64,000 nt of DNA from an uncultured Ignavibacteriaceae bacterium (GTDB lineage Bacteria > Bacteroidota > Ignavibacteria > UBA10030), in NCBI GenBank assembly GCA_964362905.1, contig CAYIHQ010000002.1, positions 46,076 through 110,075 on the forward strand, in the 5' to 3' direction. Below, piece by piece: positions 28,429-38,689 of the stretch. The position numbers were made by a program, and so were the translations under genes. Each line of letters opens with the position of its first letter. Position 1 is the first letter of the stretch. Under the pieces are notes generated by a model, which was given only the letters and a program-made list of their open reading frames with translations, ran no database searches and had not been told where the DNA came from.

Positions 28429-28939
28429 ATTTGGTTTTAAACTCCGTTTGTAGTTTACTCAGTAATTGTGTGTTTTTAGCTTCACCTGCTTTACGAATAT
28501 CTCGTAAAAGTTGTCTTTTAGCCTTATCGTCACACAATTCTTTCATATCATTAATTCTTTGATCTATCATCTTAGCTCTATCAGTAGCAGTAATAATATC
28601 TTTATTTCCCTTTTTAGTATATATTTCTTTTAAAGAGTATACTAATTGTGCTTTGTCTGTGTTAGCTTCCTCATCAGCAAAAGTAAGCATATTTTCAATT
28701 TGATATAGAATATTATTGTATTCTTCTTTAGATTTGCTATTAACTAGATCATTTATAGCGTATTTCATTTTAGTTACGCCTTCACTAACTAAATTATAAG
28801 ATCTGATAACTTGAGCAATTTCTTTAGGTGTTAAAAATTTAGTGGGGGTTTTTGTTTTCTTAGAATCTAACCATAATAGAAATTCTAAATATAAACTTCC
28901 TAAATATGTACTATACAGCCAATTCACTAATTTTATCAC
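28394..28939 (-). CDS. hypothetical protein (181 aa)
   Basis: Operon ORF. Confidence 0.35.
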   Translation of the reverse strand: MIKLVNWLYSTYLGSLYLEFLLWLDSKKTKTPTKFLTPKEIAQVIRSYNLVSEGVTKMKYAINDLVNSKSKEEYNNILYQIENMLTFADEEANTDKAQLVYSLKEIYTKKGNKDIITATDRAKMIDQRINDMKELCDDKAKRQLLRDIRKAGEAKNTQLLSKLQTEFKTKYGGTDSRLRKS

Positions 28940-29298
28940 TCTATACCTTCAACATTCTTATTCCACTTTTGAAGTTTAGTTCTATTATCGCATTTGTCGC
29001 ATTTTCTATAATAAACTATACCATTCTGTCTTTCAAAAACTTTAAGTCGCATAATTCCGTCTTCACAATCATGACACTTCCACCGTTGTTCTTTTTTAGT
29101 ATCTTTAGCGAGGATTTCGGAAGCTTCTACATCTTGAGTATATTTATGGACAATTTCTTGTAAATTTTCCATCCTGCTAATATCTATTCTCGCTATTTGT
29201 TTTCTGAGTGAAGATACGGTGCGTTTAAGTTTCTCATTTTCATGTTTAATTTTTTGTAGACTATCTTGTTCTTTATGATTAAAATTTCTACGCTTCAT
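28936..29298 (-). CDS. coiled-coil plus zinc-ribbon protein (120 aa)
   Basis: CHDC...CDKC four-Cys pattern after a coiled coil. Confidence 0.35.
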   Translation of the reverse strand: MKRRNFNHKEQDSLQKIKHENEKLKRTVSSLRKQIARIDISRMENLQEIVHKYTQDVEASEILAKDTKKEQRWKCHDCEDGIMRLKVFERQNGIVYYRKCDKCDNRTKLQKWNKNVEGIE

Positions 29299-29311
29299 AA
29301 CTTTTCCTCAT

Positions 29312-29749
29312 TTAAACATTAGTACTGCCGAATCCCCCTTCACCCCGTTCGGTCTTATTCAATTCGGTTACTTCTTCAAATTCTATTTGTGGATAAGGAA
29401 TAATTATCAATTGTCCGATCCTATCCCCAAAACTATATTCCATATCCTCACGATTATCCTCGTACCTCATGCGAAGTTTAATTTCGCCCCGAAATCCGCT
29501 ATCAATAACTCCCACAGAATTAGCTAATGTATGTGGTGTTTTGCTGATACTGGAGCGTGGAAAAATAAGTCCAATAAAACCTTCTGGAATTTCTACAGAC
29601 AATCCAGTATTATATTCTATAAATCGATAATCGTGGTTTTTATGGCAATCGATGGCCGTTAAATCTAGTCCAGCATCCCCAACTTTTGCATATTCTGGAG
29701 TAAATGCATGAGGAACTAGTTTTTTAAATTTAACTTTTAGATTCTTCAT
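29312..29749 (-). CDS. dut: dUTP diphosphatase (trimeric dUTPase)
   Basis: dUTPase motifs AGLDL, PRSS, GVIDSGFRGE, RIGQLI, RGEGGFGSTN. Confidence 0.85.
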   Translation of the reverse strand: MKNLKVKFKKLVPHAFTPEYAKVGDAGLDLTAIDCHKNHDYRFIEYNTGLSVEIPEGFIGLIFPRSSISKTPHTLANSVGVIDSGFRGEIKLRMRYEDNREDMEYSFGDRIGQLIIIPYPQIEFEEVTELNKTERGEGGFGSTNV

Positions 29750-30065
29750 CCTTTTTCTTTCCTAATTGTATTACTGTGTTATCGTCTTTAACAATCTTAA
29801 CTAATTTATTATCTTCAGCAGATACGGCAGCTTTTTGAGCTGCTATCTTTTTGTTAATATCATTATACAAATTTAAAATAGTTTGCGTATTCTTTTCAAG
29901 TTCTCTTAGTTGCTTACCATTTTTAGTACCCAAAAGCATATGCAAAGTAACAGACACACTATATAACAATGTAGCTATTCCACCAATAACTTCTGCAACC
30001 TTAGTAAAGAACAAGCCCGTTATAAAAAAAGTCATAGGTAATATATTTTTTAGAAAATTAATCAT
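29730..30065 (-). CDS. small membrane protein (111 aa)
   Basis: Two hydrophobic segments. Confidence 0.3.
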   Translation of the reverse strand: MINFLKNILPMTFFITGLFFTKVAEVIGGIATLLYSVSVTLHMLLGTKNGKQLRELEKNTQTILNLYNDINKKIAAQKAAVSAEDNKLVKIVKDDNTVIQLGKKKDEESKS

Positions 30066-30981
30066 TTAATAGTTTCTCCCATTCTTCTTTATGATTTTCT
30101 ATATATTCTTTTTGTATTTTTGGATCATTTTCGTACACATCTTGTCCCATAAAAACAACTTCTCCAGCACAACTAACAGAGGAGAGATGATTTTTCTTTA
30201 GAACTACTTTACTAACTAAACCATAGTCAAAATAAGTATCTTTAACCTTTGTTTTTAATCTTTGACCTTCTTTAACCTCTACTGCAACACTAGTAGCAAA
30301 CCAAACTTTTTCACCACCTGCTGCGATAATTGGTGCAGGTGCCCCTGCTGGCCATTTTGGTTTTTCTCCTACATAAGCCTGATTAACCATGACTAATCCC
30401 AATATACCGTCATATTCTTTTCTTCTAGTTTCAGCTATCCTACTAGCTACTATATTACTATAGAAGCCTATAACATTAGCATTTTTTCTGTTATCGAAAT
30501 GTTTTTCTATCGTGCCATTTTTATCAACGCTGAATGATTCTTCAGAAGGTGATCCAGTAACAGAATCCCAAAAAATCATGGTTTTCATTGGTAATTTACC
30601 ATCAATTACTTCTTGCGCTTTTTCGGATATATAATTATATACTTGTTCTAAGTATTTGAGGTCTTCTACTAAAATTACTTTAGTTAGATCTACTCCAGCC
30701 TGAACTATTCTATCTCTAGTTAACTTATTTTCTGTGATTATTAAAATTGGCAATATATCTTGGTCTTGACAAGATTTCACTGCTGATAACAAAAAACTTG
30801 TTTTTCCAGAATCAGAAAATCCATAAATCATACTTATATGACCTAAAGCAAATCCTTCTATGCCCAATGCTTTTTTAAAAGGTTTTGGCATCTCTACCAC
30901 AGACTCTTCTTTATATTCTATAGTCGGTAGAGTTTTTTGCTGACTTTGTAAATATTTGGATACATCAAACTCTTTAGACAT
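30058..30981 (-). CDS. RecA/UvsX-like recombinase ATPase
   Basis: IYGFSDSGKTS matches RecA EIYGPESSGKTT. Walker B-like MIFWDSVTG matches RecA IVVDSVAAL. Confidence 0.65.
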   Translation of the reverse strand: MSKEFDVSKYLQSQQKTLPTIEYKEESVVEMPKPFKKALGIEGFALGHISMIYGFSDSGKTSFLLSAVKSCQDQDILPILIITENKLTRDRIVQAGVDLTKVILVEDLKYLEQVYNYISEKAQEVIDGKLPMKTMIFWDSVTGSPSEESFSVDKNGTIEKHFDNRKNANVIGFYSNIVASRIAETRRKEYDGILGLVMVNQAYVGEKPKWPAGAPAPIIAAGGEKVWFATSVAVEVKEGQRLKTKVKDTYFDYGLVSKVVLKKNHLSSVSCAGEVVFMGQDVYENDPKIQKEYIENHKEEWEKLLND

Positions 30982-30982
30982 C

Positions 30983-31363
30983 TTAACCTACCCTTGCTAG
31001 AGCATTCCCAATACGACGGCGATAAGTGCAGCTACGACCGTTCATAACTACTGTGCGGTAAGTGTTTACTAACTCTGTTATATCAATGGCGTCTGTGCGA
31101 TTTTCTCTCCGTTTTAGGATCTCTGGTTCTAAAATAGAGGAAACCACCTCAACAGTTTCAGCCATTCTTGCTACTCCAATGCCATTTAGATATCGAATAA
31201 CTTGACTAACTGTTAAAGTTCTATTATTCCTTGTTGAATCTCCTATAAAGACTTTCACTTCACGAGTTCCTTTTCCTCGAAACATTGATCTCAATTGGGC
31301 AATTGTATTAAAGGTACTTTGAAATTTACGCATTTTACACTCCTTTTTATTACTTATTAACAA
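30983..31363 (-). CDS. hypothetical protein (126 aa)
   Basis: Operon ORF adjacent to the recombinase. Confidence 0.35.
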   Translation of the reverse strand: MLISNKKECKMRKFQSTFNTIAQLRSMFRGKGTREVKVFIGDSTRNNRTLTVSQVIRYLNGIGVARMAETVEVVSSILEPEILKRRENRTDAIDITELVNTYRTVVMNGRSCTYRRRIGNALARVG

Positions 31364-31398
31364 TTTATAATTCTACTATACCACAAGTATATATTATT

Positions 31399-31749
31399 TC
31401 AATATTTCTTTTTACTTTTTTCATATAATATTTTAGCTCCTTTGGATTCAAAGGGAGTTAAACTAAGTTCTTTTATGCCTATCGTCCCCTCTACTTCCAT
31501 AGTTTTGGAATGGCTATTTTTTCTAATATGATATTTTATTAATTTTTGTAAAGCTTTATGTGTAGGAGCATCTAAGAATTCTATATTGCATGGCTCATCA
31601 ACTTTTTTATTTTTTGGCGCTCTCCAAAGACCATCGACAAGATCAGTACCAAAATAGTCTACTGATACTTTTATGCCAGTATCTTTTATGTAAAGATGCT
31701 CCCCTTTACAAATAGCTGCTATAATTTTATCTCTAGTACGCCAGTTCAT
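31399..31749 (-). CDS. small protein with ...GAKILYEKSKKKY tail (LYG-tail family)
   Basis: C-terminal motif. Confidence 0.4.
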   Translation of the reverse strand: MNWRTRDKIIAAICKGEHLYIKDTGIKVSVDYFGTDLVDGLWRAPKNKKVDEPCNIEFLDAPTHKALQKLIKYHIRKNSHSKTMEVEGTIGIKELSLTPFESKGAKILYEKSKKKY

Positions 31750-32315
31750 TTTACAAATATCTCATATAATGATTTTTTAAGTCTATTTTGTGAATTTAAT
31801 CCTAATTTAGCCAGTATCTCTTGGCCTCTTCTAAGATTATCTTCGACTAAAACTACTTCTTTACCCAAACGCTCTTTATTAATCTCTACTTCAATAAATC
31901 TACCTTTTTCTTCCATATTAATATCGTAGATAATATAAAATACGAAATTGATATAGTCAAGCCAAAAGATAAAACAATTCTTAAAAATAGAAGTATTTTC
32001 TTTATATCCCAACAATTCTGCGAACTTACTAACTACGGTTTTATTAACTTCTCTTAAAGGTAAGTCCACTTCTAGTCGTTGCCAATTATTATTTTGATTG
32101 GTTTTTCTTTTTATAGTTAATTCTGAAGTTTCAGAAGCTCTATACCTAATAAATTCATCTTTTAAAGAATCATTAACATAATATGTATCCCAACCACTTA
32201 CTTCTTTTTGTTTCACAATAGGTAGAGTTTTCATTAAATTAAGGAAATCTTGCAATTTAATGTCATCAGCTTTATATTTATATTCTAGTTCTAAAAATTC
32301 ATTCATAAAAATCAA
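31746..32315 (-). CDS. hypothetical protein (189 aa)
   Basis: Operon ORF. Confidence 0.4.
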   Translation of the reverse strand: MIFMNEFLELEYKYKADDIKLQDFLNLMKTLPIVKQKEVSGWDTYYVNDSLKDEFIRYRASETSELTIKRKTNQNNNWQRLEVDLPLREVNKTVVSKFAELLGYKENTSIFKNCFIFWLDYINFVFYIIYDINMEEKGRFIEVEINKERLGKEVVLVEDNLRRGQEILAKLGLNSQNRLKKSLYEIFVK

Positions 32316-32832
32316 CTTTCATCTTTCTAGCATAATATCTGATATTATTCTCTTTGTCAAGATAAGTTACTAAATAATACATTATATCTTCAGAATCTGA
32401 TGTATGTTGATAGCCATAGCAGTGTAGATATTCGTGTATTAGTACTGCCCTATAGATTATTTCGTCCATACCAGCTCGCACACGAATAGAGCATTTTCGC
32501 AAGTTTGGATAGGCTACACCTGCGGCATCAGGAAATAAACTCATATCAATTTCGGTCATTTCTGCGATATCTAAAGGTCTTCCATTTGCAATCTTATCGA
32601 AAGATACTATAACATCCTCTCCCATAGAATTAAATTCTTTTAGGATTTCTTTAGTTTTTGGATAAGATGGAGTTTTGATTGATTCAATATAAGTATTTTT
32701 AAAATATAGAAGACGCCCGAAGATAACTATTAGTTTAGGCCCTAAATACTGTGCTGCTATTAGCATATAAGGAAAGAATGCCACATATAGTACTAATCTT
32801 ATGAATAATTTTTTTAAAGTTTTGTTAGTCAT
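32299..32832 (-). CDS. membrane-anchored metzincin-like zinc metallopeptidase
   Basis: N-terminal TM. HEYLHCYGYQH fits HExxHxxGxxH. Confidence 0.5.
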   Translation of the reverse strand: MTNKTLKKLFIRLVLYVAFFPYMLIAAQYLGPKLIVIFGRLLYFKNTYIESIKTPSYPKTKEILKEFNSMGEDVIVSFDKIANGRPLDIAEMTEIDMSLFPDAAGVAYPNLRKCSIRVRAGMDEIIYRAVLIHEYLHCYGYQHTSDSEDIMYYLVTYLDKENNIRYYARKMKVDFYE

Positions 32833-32835
32833 TAC

Positions 32836-33453
32836 TTAGTCCCATATATTATCTTTATTTCTAAGTTTTTTTAAAAGTTCTATTATTTCTAAAGTTTCTT
32901 TTGGAGTTAAATAATTACCTTTCAAATTATTGCAATTCCAACAACAAGAAACTGAATTTTCTTCTGTATAGCCTAAATCGGAATTTAATCTATCTAAACT
33001 ATAACCCCCATTATTAAGTTTGCCTTTACAATAATAACAAATATCTTTAGTCATTTGTTCAATAAACCATTTTTTAGTTATTGTCCAGAGCATTCCTTTT
33101 TTCTTGGCGTGGCTTTTGCCACAAGTATATCTTCCTGATATTGATTTTCTTAATGTATTTTTTGTTATTTTTAATTTAGCTTTTCTAATTTTGGTATAAC
33201 GATTTTTATCATAATTTTTGTCTTGTTTATTAATTCTGTACCATTTGGAATAATGAGCATTGCATAAAGGAATACTGTCATCAGTTCTACCTTTAATTCT
33301 TTTATTGCAATTAATCGCTGAGCATTTTTGTACTGATTCGTCAAAATAACCCTGTAGTAATAATTTATTATAGCAAGATGTGCAATATCCTCGGCATTTT
33401 GAAATTTTTCCGCATTTACAAGGTTCGGTATTTATTATTTTATTTTTAGGCAT
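32836..33453 (-). CDS. HNH homing endonuclease (paralog of 24897..25550)
   Basis: YSLDRLNSDLGY...CCWNCNNLK. Shared C-terminal LKKLRNKDNIWD versus LKQIRNKSNIWE. Confidence 0.7.
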   Translation of the reverse strand: MPKNKIINTEPCKCGKISKCRGYCTSCYNKLLLQGYFDESVQKCSAINCNKRIKGRTDDSIPLCNAHYSKWYRINKQDKNYDKNRYTKIRKAKLKITKNTLRKSISGRYTCGKSHAKKKGMLWTITKKWFIEQMTKDICYYCKGKLNNGGYSLDRLNSDLGYTEENSVSCCWNCNNLKGNYLTPKETLEIIELLKKLRNKDNIWD

Positions 33454-33456
33454 ATC

Positions 33457-35739
33457 TCACTTAGCCTCCGCTAAGTTATTTGCTATTATCGGTTCGGCTA
33501 TTAAGGGAATACTAATTTTAGTAGTTGTTTCCATACAATCTTTGAGTATTTTTGCAGCTTTTTCAGCTTGTTCTTCTTTAACAACGCAAGTAATCTCATC
33601 ATGCACAGTTAAACCAACCCAACCGTTTATATTTTTATTTTTGAATTCTCTAGTTACTGAAATTAAAGCCCTATTAAGAATATGCGCAGCTAAACCTTGA
33701 ATACCAAAATTTTTTGCATTATTTAGCATATTTTTGTATTTAGCTCTGGTATCAGTATGTCCGTTTATTCGAGCCCACTTATTGTCCAGTACCTTATCTG
33801 TAAATAATAGATAAATTGATCTAACTTCTTTTAAATGTCTAACTCTGCCAAATTTTGTTTTAACATAACCGTAATTTTTCGCCATATAATCGCATTTATT
33901 CATATACTTTCTTAAATTAGGAAAACTATTTAAATAATTGTCTATAATCTCTTGGGCTTCTGAATAAGTTTTACCTGTTAATCTTGATATTTGTGCCGCC
34001 GTACCACCATAGGGTATAGCTAATGCTATAGCTTTGGCATTTTGCCTAATTTCTGGATATAGATTTTTTAGATAATTTGCATCTTTCTTATTTGCACTCG
34101 CACCAATAACTCCAAAAGTCTCTATACCGACTCTTGAATACAAATCTTCACCATTGATAAATACATTTCTTAGTTTTTCGTCTCCACTAACATCAGCGAA
34201 GCATACTGGTTCTAAACTGGAATAATCAGCATTTACTATTTTGTATCCTTTAGGAGCAATAAAACCTTTTTTAATAGAATTAACATATTTTAATACTAAT
34301 TCAGATAAATTTGATTCTTCATCTTTAATTCTTGGTATATTTTGAAGATTTGGATTTCTACTACTAAAACGATTTGAAGTTGTTCCAAATTGGAGCATAG
34401 AAGTATATATAATCCCAGCAATTTGTCTATCTAAAATTCCGTCAACATAAGTACTAAGTAATTTACTTAGTTTTCTGAAATCATAAAGTTTCAACATCCA
34501 AGGCTGAGAACCTTTATATTGTTCAATCAATTCATCTAATACTTCTTTATCTGTTGACGGCTTATTACCTTTAGTGAACTTAAAGGGATGAATATTCATA
34601 CAATTATATAGTAGATGTCCTATGTGAGCTGAACTACTTAAATTAAATATTCTAGTTTTTTCTGGATTATCTCTAAAAAATAGATGTTTTTGTGTTTTTC
34701 TGATTAAGTTTGGGTCCAGCGGTAGTCTAGGTTCTATTCCTAGAATATGATCATATAATTCTGAAAATTGGGGACATTGCTGTTTTTGAAGTTCTATAGC
34801 TTTAGCCGATAAAGTAATCTTGCCAGTCTTCTTATTAATAGGTAATGGAATATCACCAATTTCGGCATAAGTTTTTGGGAATAATGTTCCAGATAGTGGA
34901 TAGTCTTTTTCGAGAGTTTGTGCTTCAAACTGCTCTACCAAATGTCCAATATCTATATAAATTTCATTTTCTAATCGGCTAATCTCAATTTCTAATTCTT
35001 TCTTAAGAACTTGGAAATGTCCTAAATCTATATTGAAGCCTTTTCGTTTCATATTGATAGTAACTTCTTTATAAAGAGGCATAATTTCCTCGTCGTAAAA
35101 AAGTCTTTTAAGGTCTTCTTTTTCCAATTGAGCATCAAATTGTCTATATAACAGTAAAGTTAACAATACATCCCAGCAACAATATTCACCAAGAATATCA
35201 GTATCAGCAAGATACATATCTTTTTGGTCTTCTGTCCACCTACCGCCATTAGCTTTAACATTTTCGGAAAGTTTTTCTTGTGCTAAAGTTGCCCAACTTC
35301 CAAGTAACACTGGGGCTATATCTTTTAGCCCAAAAGGTTTCTCCTCGTCTAACGTGTGTTTCATAAGAATTGTGTCGGCATGAATAAAGTCATCCAACCT
35401 AAAACCGAAATTGTTCTCTGTTATTAACACATCGAATATGATATTATGACCGATTAATTTTTTACTGGTCAAAACATTCTTTAGCCATTCAATTATGCTA
35501 GATTGCTGCTCTATTGGCCACACCTCAGTACCATCTTTATTTCTCCAAGGAATATAGAAAGCCTTTTTGTCTGTAAAACAAATACCAATACCATAAATTT
35601 TAGCTAGCTTTTCTACCTCTGAATTAGTTTCTAAGTCATAACACACTATATCTGAATCCACATCATCAGAATATTTGATCAAGCTTTGAAAAAGCTCGAA
35701 GCTGTTAACAATGAAGTGTGAAAATTCGGGTTTAGTCAT
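33457..35739 (-). CDS. family-A DNA polymerase (3'-5' exonuclease plus polymerase domains)
   Basis: Exo I VCYDLETNSE. Motif A VNADYSSLEP. Motif C LTVHDEI. About 760 aa. Confidence 0.85.
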   Translation of the reverse strand: MTKPEFSHFIVNSFELFQSLIKYSDDVDSDIVCYDLETNSEVEKLAKIYGIGICFTDKKAFYIPWRNKDGTEVWPIEQQSSIIEWLKNVLTSKKLIGHNIIFDVLITENNFGFRLDDFIHADTILMKHTLDEEKPFGLKDIAPVLLGSWATLAQEKLSENVKANGGRWTEDQKDMYLADTDILGEYCCWDVLLTLLLYRQFDAQLEKEDLKRLFYDEEIMPLYKEVTINMKRKGFNIDLGHFQVLKKELEIEISRLENEIYIDIGHLVEQFEAQTLEKDYPLSGTLFPKTYAEIGDIPLPINKKTGKITLSAKAIELQKQQCPQFSELYDHILGIEPRLPLDPNLIRKTQKHLFFRDNPEKTRIFNLSSSAHIGHLLYNCMNIHPFKFTKGNKPSTDKEVLDELIEQYKGSQPWMLKLYDFRKLSKLLSTYVDGILDRQIAGIIYTSMLQFGTTSNRFSSRNPNLQNIPRIKDEESNLSELVLKYVNSIKKGFIAPKGYKIVNADYSSLEPVCFADVSGDEKLRNVFINGEDLYSRVGIETFGVIGASANKKDANYLKNLYPEIRQNAKAIALAIPYGGTAAQISRLTGKTYSEAQEIIDNYLNSFPNLRKYMNKCDYMAKNYGYVKTKFGRVRHLKEVRSIYLLFTDKVLDNKWARINGHTDTRAKYKNMLNNAKNFGIQGLAAHILNRALISVTREFKNKNINGWVGLTVHDEITCVVKEEQAEKAAKILKDCMETTTKISIPLIAEPIIANNLAEAK

Positions 35740-35783
35740 TATGGCTCCAACTATATTTTATGTATAAATGTGGCTCTTGTATA

Positions 35784-36386
35784 TTATACGATTTCGTCAA
35801 TAAGCCCTAAATTTAAAGCCTCTTCGGGAGTTAAAATTGTATCAAAACGAAGCATACTTTTTATTTTAGCTTTAGTAAAATCTGGATGTTTAATTTTAAT
35901 TTTTTCTAAGAGTATATTTTCAAATATTTCTTCGTCTCTAGCAAATTGTTCTACTAGGCGTTTATTTATTTCTGGATGATTATAACCTAAAGTATAATGG
36001 CCCGTATGTATCATTAAACGACTATTTTTAGTCATTACTCTACGATCCGCTGCTTGAAGAATCCAAGCAGCTATAGACATACCATATCCTTGAATCATAA
36101 CGGTAACATGATTTTTGCATAGTTTAATAGCGTCATAACAAGACATGCCATATAAAGAATCTCCCCCAGGACTATTTAAGATTATCGTAATGGCATTGTC
36201 TCCTGCTGGAGCGGATTTATCTAGTACATGTAATCCTTTTATTAGTTTTTCGCACATTAAAGAATCTACACCACTTTCATTACCATCTAAATCAGATTCT
36301 ATAGAACTTGCGTATATTGTTCTAGTATCTACATTTATTCCGTAATCAAAAAATCTATCCAGAGAATCTTTATTGATTCTTGCCAT
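35784..36386 (-). CDS. ClpP-family serine protease
   Basis: ILNSPGGDS, GMSIAAW (Ser region) and SRLMIHTGH (His) align to ClpP. Confidence 0.75.
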   Translation of the reverse strand: MARINKDSLDRFFDYGINVDTRTIYASSIESDLDGNESGVDSLMCEKLIKGLHVLDKSAPAGDNAITIILNSPGGDSLYGMSCYDAIKLCKNHVTVMIQGYGMSIAAWILQAADRRVMTKNSRLMIHTGHYTLGYNHPEINKRLVEQFARDEEIFENILLEKIKIKHPDFTKAKIKSMLRFDTILTPEEALNLGLIDEIV

Positions 36387-36954
36387 TTATCAATCCTTTT
36401 GTTAGATCCATCATTCTGAATAAAACTTTTGCTGTTAGATCTACATCATATTCTGCAGCGTGAGCTTTAGAGGCATCATATTCTACTCCTAGAACAATTG
36501 CCAAATCCCTTAATGATACTTTAGTATTAGGCAGTAGTATGCCTGTCAAGACTAAAAATCTTCCGATACTGCAAGTATCGAGCATTCTATGAGAAACTAC
36601 CTGATCAAAACCTGAAATACCATACTTCTTTAGTTTACTTTTGATAAAGCCTAAATCGAAGGAGATATTATGTCCTCCTAATATTAATTCGCCATTAACT
36701 TTAAGTGAAAGTAACCAATCGCAAAAATCTATAATAACCTCTATTTCCGATTTAAAAGATCTTATATCAGAGATAGTAAATCTATTAACTTTCAATGCTC
36801 CTAAATTAATTTCAGAATCTCTAGCATTACACCATGCATTAAAAACTGATACGACTTCCCTGGAAGAATTATATAGTTTAGCACAAATATTAATTATACC
36901 ATGAGTTTCACTATCCAATCCTGTTGTTTCTAAATCAATAATTAGTAAGTTCAT
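36370..36954 (-). CDS. DEDD (DnaQ-like) 3'-5' exonuclease
   Basis: LLIIDLETTGL, HNISFDLGF, YDVDLTAKV. Confidence 0.65.
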   Translation of the reverse strand: MNLLIIDLETTGLDSETHGIINICAKLYNSSREVVSVFNAWCNARDSEINLGALKVNRFTISDIRSFKSEIEVIIDFCDWLLSLKVNGELILGGHNISFDLGFIKSKLKKYGISGFDQVVSHRMLDTCSIGRFLVLTGILLPNTKVSLRDLAIVLGVEYDASKAHAAEYDVDLTAKVLFRMMDLTKGLINGKNQ

Positions 36955-36955
36955 A

Positions 36956-37237
36956 TTAAGTTAGTTTCTTATTTTTAGCTTCAGTAGCCCTGTCTAAAGC
37001 TAATTTACGGCCCGTTTCATAAGTGAATTGATCCTGAAGAGAACATAAAGAAATACCATAATATACTCTTGGCTGACCGTCCTTATCTTTGTCAAGCATG
37101 ATGCAGATAGAATGCCCAGATTTTTTACCTTTTTTATCTTTTGGATAAATAAAAAAATAGTTACTCATTGTTTTCTCGATCTTCATAAATTTTAAAATCA
37201 GGTCTTTTTGCGCCCTCACTTTTATAGGGATTGACAA
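36956..37237 (-). CDS. hypothetical protein (start uncertain; overlaps the next ORF by 77 nt)
   Basis: ORF. Internal Met candidates at about 37186 and 37168 would remove the overlap. Confidence 0.3.
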   Translation of the reverse strand: MSIPIKVRAQKDLILKFMKIEKTMSNYFFIYPKDKKGKKSGHSICIMLDKDKDGQPRVYYGISLCSLQDQFTYETGRKLALDRATEAKNKKLT

Positions 37238-37445
37238 AAGCTACAAATCCAATATCAACGCTATCACCCTCTTTATCTAAAAGAGCCTTAATTTTCTCTT
37301 TAGGAAGATTGATTTTAATGCTTAGAAATTCAGAATTATCTTTTCTTGATAGTCTTCGCCAAATAGCACCTGATTCTATTCGTTTATTTACGGTGCTTGC
37401 TGGAGGAGTATTGGCTACTCCAAATGTTGGTCTAGTATTGTTCAT
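37161..37445 (-). CDS. hypothetical protein (94 aa)
   Basis: ORF. Confidence 0.3.
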   Translation of the reverse strand: MNNTRPTFGVANTPPASTVNKRIESGAIWRRLSRKDNSEFLSIKINLPKEKIKALLDKEGDSVDIGFVAFVNPYKSEGAKRPDFKIYEDRENNE

Positions 37446-37900
37446 TTTATTATCTCCTTTATTGCACTTAATAAGTCATTAAAATATACTTGTTCTTTTG
37501 GAACTTGATAAAACATTTCCCCTTTAAAATTGTACTTATTGGGTATTTCCTTTATAGGCGAAGAGAGGAGATTTTGTTGTGGTATAGCTAAATACGCTGT
37601 TTGGTCTTTATTTAGCATAACAAAGACGGTAGGTTCTTCTAGAACCGCATATTTAGTTTTTCTTTCTGGAATTTGTACATTTTCGTAAGGGAATTCTTGA
37701 TTAACCCATACTATTTTTCTTTCGCATTCTATATTAGCTATATGCTGACTATCTTTATACAAAAGCATATCGACACCACGCTTCTTGCTATTTTCTATTA
37801 CTTGATACTCCGTACCTTTTAAGAGATTTTTGACAAAGTCTTTAGCGATTTTATCGTTTTCCTCGTATAATTTAGGATCAAATCTTTTTCGTATTGACAT
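37442..37900 (-). CDS. hypothetical protein (152 aa)
   Basis: Operon ORF. Confidence 0.35.
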   Translation of the reverse strand: MSIRKRFDPKLYEENDKIAKDFVKNLLKGTEYQVIENSKKRGVDMLLYKDSQHIANIECERKIVWVNQEFPYENVQIPERKTKYAVLEEPTVFVMLNKDQTAYLAIPQQNLLSSPIKEIPNKYNFKGEMFYQVPKEQVYFNDLLSAIKEIIK

Positions 37901-38465
37901 TTAGCATTATCCTTTCCATTTCATCGAATACTGTCAGTTTATCAGATATTTTCCAAAAAGTCAAGAGAGTGTTATGTGCGTCCGCTAGGGCATTATGCGG
38001 CGGCCCATATTTAAAATCCCAGGTTAGACCTAGATGCTTCATTGATGAGTCTAGTCCAGAAATTACCTTGCTATTAGGTTTAACCATTTGATATAATTGG
38101 TAAAATGATTTTATATCATGTCCTCTGCGTCTAAAGATATACTCATCCCAATCTAAATTTAGCTGCGTTATTAGATAATTGTGGTCTAATCCCCATTGAA
38201 GTGGATGTTTTGTTACTTGAAATCTGTCAATATCTTTACACATTTCCTCATAAGCAGTATGAATAGTATAATTAGAATTATCTACCATTTCTTGAGTAAT
38301 CCCAGTAAGTTTAATAATTTCTTTATTCAATTCTTCTAAAGGATTAATAATAATAGATTTAGTAACTTTAATAGCTTTATTTTTAACATTAGCTATAATA
38401 TAACCTAATTGAATTACTTTACCAGAAGGTTGATTAAATTCAAGATCTATGGAAATTATATTCAT
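37878..38465 (-). CDS. second DEDD-type 3'-5' exonuclease
   Basis: NIISIDLEFNQ ... HNALADAHNTL. Confidence 0.55.
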   Translation of the reverse strand: MNIISIDLEFNQPSGKVIQLGYIIANVKNKAIKVTKSIIINPLEELNKEIIKLTGITQEMVDNSNYTIHTAYEEMCKDIDRFQVTKHPLQWGLDHNYLITQLNLDWDEYIFRRRGHDIKSFYQLYQMVKPNSKVISGLDSSMKHLGLTWDFKYGPPHNALADAHNTLLTFWKISDKLTVFDEMERIMLNVNTKKI

Positions 38466-38689
38466 TTTAAATCTCTATTAGGCCCATAATAAAATATTGG
38501 ATTAGAATCATCTATATATTTTTCTTGATTATTTGGATAATGCGCCATTAAATATCCATGAATTATATTCAATACCTCATACCATTGTAGATCGTGGCCC
38601 GTTAACATTTCTTCTAATAGGGGCTCTAGATCGGATGTTATTTGCCCTAATGGCCGTAATTTTTTACTCATCCTCTGATTCCCAAGCAA
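38462..38689 (-). CDS. small hypothetical protein (75 aa)
   Basis: ORF. Confidence 0.3.
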   Translation of the reverse strand: MLGNQRMSKKLRPLGQITSDLEPLLEEMLTGHDLQWYEVLNIIHGYLMAHYPNNQEKYIDDSNPIFYYGPNRDLK

